Positions 43,373 to 46,183 of a DNA stretch of 46,183 nucleotides are shown one piece after another. Source of the DNA: Polyangia bacterium (GTDB lineage: Bacteria > Myxococcota_A > Polyangia > Fen-1088); the NCBI GenBank assembly GCA_039916065.1, contig JBDSME010000630.1:1-46183 (forward strand), in the 5' to 3' direction. Made by a program: the position numbers and the translations under genes. Each line of letters begins with the position of its first letter. Position 1 is the stretch's first letter. The notes under the pieces are model-generated. The model saw only the letters and a program-made list of their open reading frames with translations, did not search any database and was not told the DNA's origin.

Positions 43373-45055
43373 TTAATCGCCGATTGAATCATCCTCGGCC
43401 GCTTCACCGGTGATCTTGTCGGTGACGTCGCGGGGGATGATGTGGCCTTGGGGCCCGAGACGGAGCCGGATGAAGCGGATGGCGGGAAAATGGGCCACCA
43501 CCTCGTCGAGGGTGGGGTCGTCACCGCGCCGGGCGAGGCCCACAACGCGACGGGCACCGAAAGCATAGGCGCCGCTGGGGGGGACCTGAGGCCGCGCCAG
43601 AAGAAAGTCCACCGTAGCACCGCGCGCCGGAGGCAACGCCACGAACGATGACGGCACGTCGCCGAGGACCAGGAGGTCTGGCTCATGGGGGGCGAAGCGG
43701 AGATCCTCCTTCACGGCAAGGTCCAGATCCTTGATGCCGGCCGCCACGTGGAAAGTGTTGACTCCGTGAGCGAGTCCGTCGGCGACGGCGCGGCGGGTGG
43801 CGGAGAGACGCGCTTCGTATGAAGTGACGTCAGCCCGACGTTGCCATGCCTGTCCCACGCTGAGGCCGGCCAGGACAGCCAGCATCGCCACGGCGAGGGG
43901 AGTGGGGCCTGGCGCCAGGACCTCTGCCGCGAACCAGGCCAGTCCCACGGCCGGCAGATAAAAATACCGCGCTCCCACGATCCAGGGTGCCGCCAGCAAC
44001 GGCACGAGGGAGACGACAACCCACGCCAGTGGGAGGTAGGGTCCGCGCGCAGATGCCGAACCGGACGCAAGGGGAGCGGCAACGCGGCGGGCGAGGCGCC
44101 GGCGCTGGTGGGCGGTGATCAGCAGCGCTGCCCAGGCGAGCAGGCCCAGAATCCACGCCAGCGGTTCGTTGGAAATCGCGGAGCCCGCGACCAGATGGAT
44201 CAGGCCAGCGGTGAGCTGCAGCAGCTTTCCCGGCAAGGTCGCCGATGGTTCGCCATCGCTGACGATGTTTCCCAAGCCGCGCAGAACGGCCGTGCGGGCG
44301 AGCAAGAACAGCAGCGCCACCACTCCCCAAGGAGCAACCCGCGCCAGCATGAAACGGAATCGAGACGGTCCTGGCTGTTCAAACTCCTTTTGGGGCTGTT
44401 TTGGAACGATCAGCACCGCCAGCGCTGGCAGGACCAGCGCCGTCTCTTTCGACCAGCATGCCGCCGCGAAGAGCGGCAGCGCCAGCATGAAGCGCGCGCG
44501 CGACCACGCCAGCAGCGCGCCCAACCCGAACGCGGTGGCGAAGAGGTCGGTCGAGGCGGCGTACCAGAAGGCGGCTTCCTGGGTGATGGGGGCGACGAAG
44601 AAAAGCAGGGCGGCAATGATTCCTGCTCGCAGGGCGCTGGCGGGTGCGCCGTCACTCGACTGCAACGGATCCGTCTGCTCGCGGCGGCGCACGGCCAGCA
44701 CCAATGCCCCCAACTCCAGGCTGACCACGAGATGAAGAGCAAACGACAGCGCTGCGAACGGCCACTTGGCCCCACCCGCCAGACGCCCCAGCAGCCACCA
44801 CACCACCATGGGCAACGGTCGATAGAACTCGCCGCCGTGCTGATCCCGCACAAAGGCAATCAGCGGATCGGGGACGTAGCGCGCGAAGGCCAGGAACAGG
44901 TGATCGTCGCCGATGAACGTGGTTGCGCTATAGAAAAAAGCAGCGGTCACGATCACCACGACGCCGATGGGCAGCGCGACGGCGACCGGCAAACGGGGGA
45001 ATCTTGCCGGCGGATTCACGGAGTCATGATGGCACGCGGCGAGCCGTCGCCGCAT
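43373..45055 (-). CDS. Polytopic membrane protein, GT-C-like (PMT/TMTC/ArnT-like) with soluble C-terminal domain
   Basis: TM1 is followed by FIGDDHLFLAFARY...GGEFYRPL, an acidic-loop motif as in PMT-type enzymes. About 11 further TM segments, then a non-membrane C-terminus of about 170 aa. Confidence 0.5.
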   Translation of the reverse strand: MRRRLAACHHDSVNPPARFPRLPVAVALPIGVVVIVTAAFFYSATTFIGDDHLFLAFARYVPDPLIAFVRDQHGGEFYRPLPMVVWWLLGRLAGGAKWPFAALSFALHLVVSLELGALVLAVRRREQTDPLQSSDGAPASALRAGIIAALLFFVAPITQEAAFWYAASTDLFATAFGLGALLAWSRARFMLALPLFAAACWSKETALVLPALAVLIVPKQPQKEFEQPGPSRFRFMLARVAPWGVVALLFLLARTAVLRGLGNIVSDGEPSATLPGKLLQLTAGLIHLVAGSAISNEPLAWILGLLAWAALLITAHQRRRLARRVAAPLASGSASARGPYLPLAWVVVSLVPLLAAPWIVGARYFYLPAVGLAWFAAEVLAPGPTPLAVAMLAVLAGLSVGQAWQRRADVTSYEARLSATRRAVADGLAHGVNTFHVAAGIKDLDLAVKEDLRFAPHEPDLLVLGDVPSSFVALPPARGATVDFLLARPQVPPSGAYAFGARRVVGLARRGDDPTLDEVVAHFPAIRFIRLRLGPQGHIIPRDVTDKITGEAAEDDSIGD

Positions 45056-45066
45056 TCGCCGGGCCT

Positions 45067-45927
45067 TCAGGGCCAGGGGGTCTGGGACGTTTGCGCGACC
45101 TGCCGGAGGATGGCCTGCATCTCCTCATGGATGAGGCCATTTGTGGCCAGGACGCGGCCGGTCTCCCCGTCGAAGGGCGTCCCATCCAGCTCGGTGACCA
45201 GCCCGCCGGCGGCGTTCACGATGGCGGCGCCCGCCACCAGATCCCAAGGATGGAGCATCCGTTCCCAGTAGGCATCCAGCCAGCCGCACGCCACGAAGCA
45301 GAGATCCAGCGCCGCCGACCCCAGCCGCCGCGTACCCTGCGTGGCGCGAACCATTGCTTCCCATTCCGCCAGATTGTCCTGGGCAGGGTTTCGCGCGTAC
45401 GGAAAGCCGGTCACCACCAGCGCATGCTTCACGTCGGCGGTCCGCGACGGCGCGATGTCGCGGCCGTTCCAGCGGGCGGCGCCACCGACCACCCCCGAAA
45501 AAGACCACCCCACCGCTGGAGCCTCCACCACGCCAACCATGGCTCGTCCCTCCACGGCAAGCCCGATCGACACGGAAAACAGCGGAAAACCGTGGGAAAA
45601 ATTGGTGGTGCCGTCCAGGGGATCGACATACCAGACGCGGCCACCGCCGTGCCGCCCCCGGGCGCCCACCTCACTGCCCTCCTCCCCCACCACGGTGTCG
45701 TCGGGAAAAGCGGCGGCCAGCCGAGACACAATCAGCGCTTCCGAACGGCGATCGAACTCGGTGACCAGATTGATGTCCTCTGACTTGAACTCCACCGTCG
45801 GCCGCGTGCCCCACCCTTCCAGCAACAGACGGCCGGCGTCCCGGGCCACCGATTCCGCCACCTGACGAGCATGTTCCAGCGCGACTGCGTCCGGCGCCGC
45901 CACGAGACTGTCGGCACTGGCGTTCAC
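45067..45927 (-). CDS. Inositol monophosphatase family phosphatase (SuhB/CysQ-like)
   Basis: VVGEEGSE, WYVDPLDGTTNFSHGFP and GSAALDLCFVACGWLDAYWE motifs. GTG start overlaps the GNAT stop (GTGA). Its stop is 11 nt before the next gene. Confidence 0.85.
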   Translation of the reverse strand: MNASADSLVAAPDAVALEHARQVAESVARDAGRLLLEGWGTRPTVEFKSEDINLVTEFDRRSEALIVSRLAAAFPDDTVVGEEGSEVGARGRHGGGRVWYVDPLDGTTNFSHGFPLFSVSIGLAVEGRAMVGVVEAPAVGWSFSGVVGGAARWNGRDIAPSRTADVKHALVVTGFPYARNPAQDNLAEWEAMVRATQGTRRLGSAALDLCFVACGWLDAYWERMLHPWDLVAGAAIVNAAGGLVTELDGTPFDGETGRVLATNGLIHEEMQAILRQVAQTSQTPWP

Positions 45928-46183
45928 AGGGGCTTGCGCATCCAGGTCGCGCTCTTGGAACGCGCCAGCAAGTATTCGGCAGTGGTGGCGATGCGTGGAT
46001 CGACGTCCTTGCGATCGACCACCTCGAAGCCCAGCCGCTGCCCGAAATACCCCTGCGCGCCGTCGGTGACCAGGTACAGTGAACGTACCCCCTGGTTGCG
46101 GGCCCGCTCGGTCGCGGTCTCCACCAACAGATATCCGAGACCTTCTCCCCGGCGCTCCGGAGCAACCGCCAGCATGCGCAGCA
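45924..46183 (-). CDS. GNAT family N-acetyltransferase (ArsN2/ArgA-like), C-terminal part; 5' end outside window
   Basis: LAVAPERRGEGLGYLLVETATERARNQGVRSLYLVT...FGQRLGFEVV is the acetyl-CoA binding motif A region. The frame is open to the window edge. Confidence 0.7.
   Translation of the reverse strand, partial: LRMLAVAPERRGEGLGYLLVETATERARNQGVRSLYLVTDGAQGYFGQRLGFEVVDRKDVDPRIATTAEYLLARSKSATWMRKPL

Noticed and set aside
1-46183. A search for mobile elements, defence systems, CRISPR arrays and rRNA/tRNA genes.
   Set aside because: No transposase, integrase or recombinase motifs, and no terminal inverted repeats bracketing a block. No spaced direct repeats, and no nuclease, helicase or toxin-antitoxin-like ORFs. 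Every sizeable ORF has a glycan-pathway or housekeeping assignment.

Overview
GC-rich (strongly GC3-biased) bacterial chromosomal segment, almost entirely coding. From about 512 to at least 45055, and possibly past the right edge, the window is one very large Wzx/Wzy-dependent surface-glycan (EPS or O-antigen-like) biosynthesis and export locus. It contains a WecA/MraY-type initiating phosphoglycosyltransferase, 10 Leloir-type glycosyltransferases (8 GT-B/GT4-like, 2 GT-A/GT2) and 2 multi-span GT-C-like membrane proteins. It also has a Wzx flippase, two Wzy_C-type (polymerase/ligase-like) proteins (one fused to a TPR-like domain) and a Wzc-type PCP/BY-kinase. Export genes are a truncated Wza-like OPX lipoprotein next to a dedicated beta-barrel and an unknown secreted protein. 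Nucleotide-sugar genes are UDP-xylose synthase, an NDP-sugar dehydrogenase, an SDR epimerase and GDP-mannose 4,6-dehydratase. The decoration set is unusually heavy: 9 SAM-methyltransferase domains in 8 ORFs, a NodU/CmcH carbamoyltransferase and an AsnB-type amidotransferase. Flanking genes are a PhoH-like ATPase fragment on the left and an inositol-monophosphatase-family gene plus a partial GNAT gene on the right. The right-hand pair is translationally coupled into the same minus-strand operon. I saw no rRNA, tRNA, CRISPR array, transposase, integrase or recognisable defence genes. The many long ORFs antisense to these genes look like high-GC shadow ORFs. The short-OPX plus beta-barrel arrangement resembles Myxococcota-type pathways, but the taxon cannot be established from here. 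All functional calls come from motif and architecture recognition by eye on the supplied translations. No database search was run, and several start codons are uncertain.
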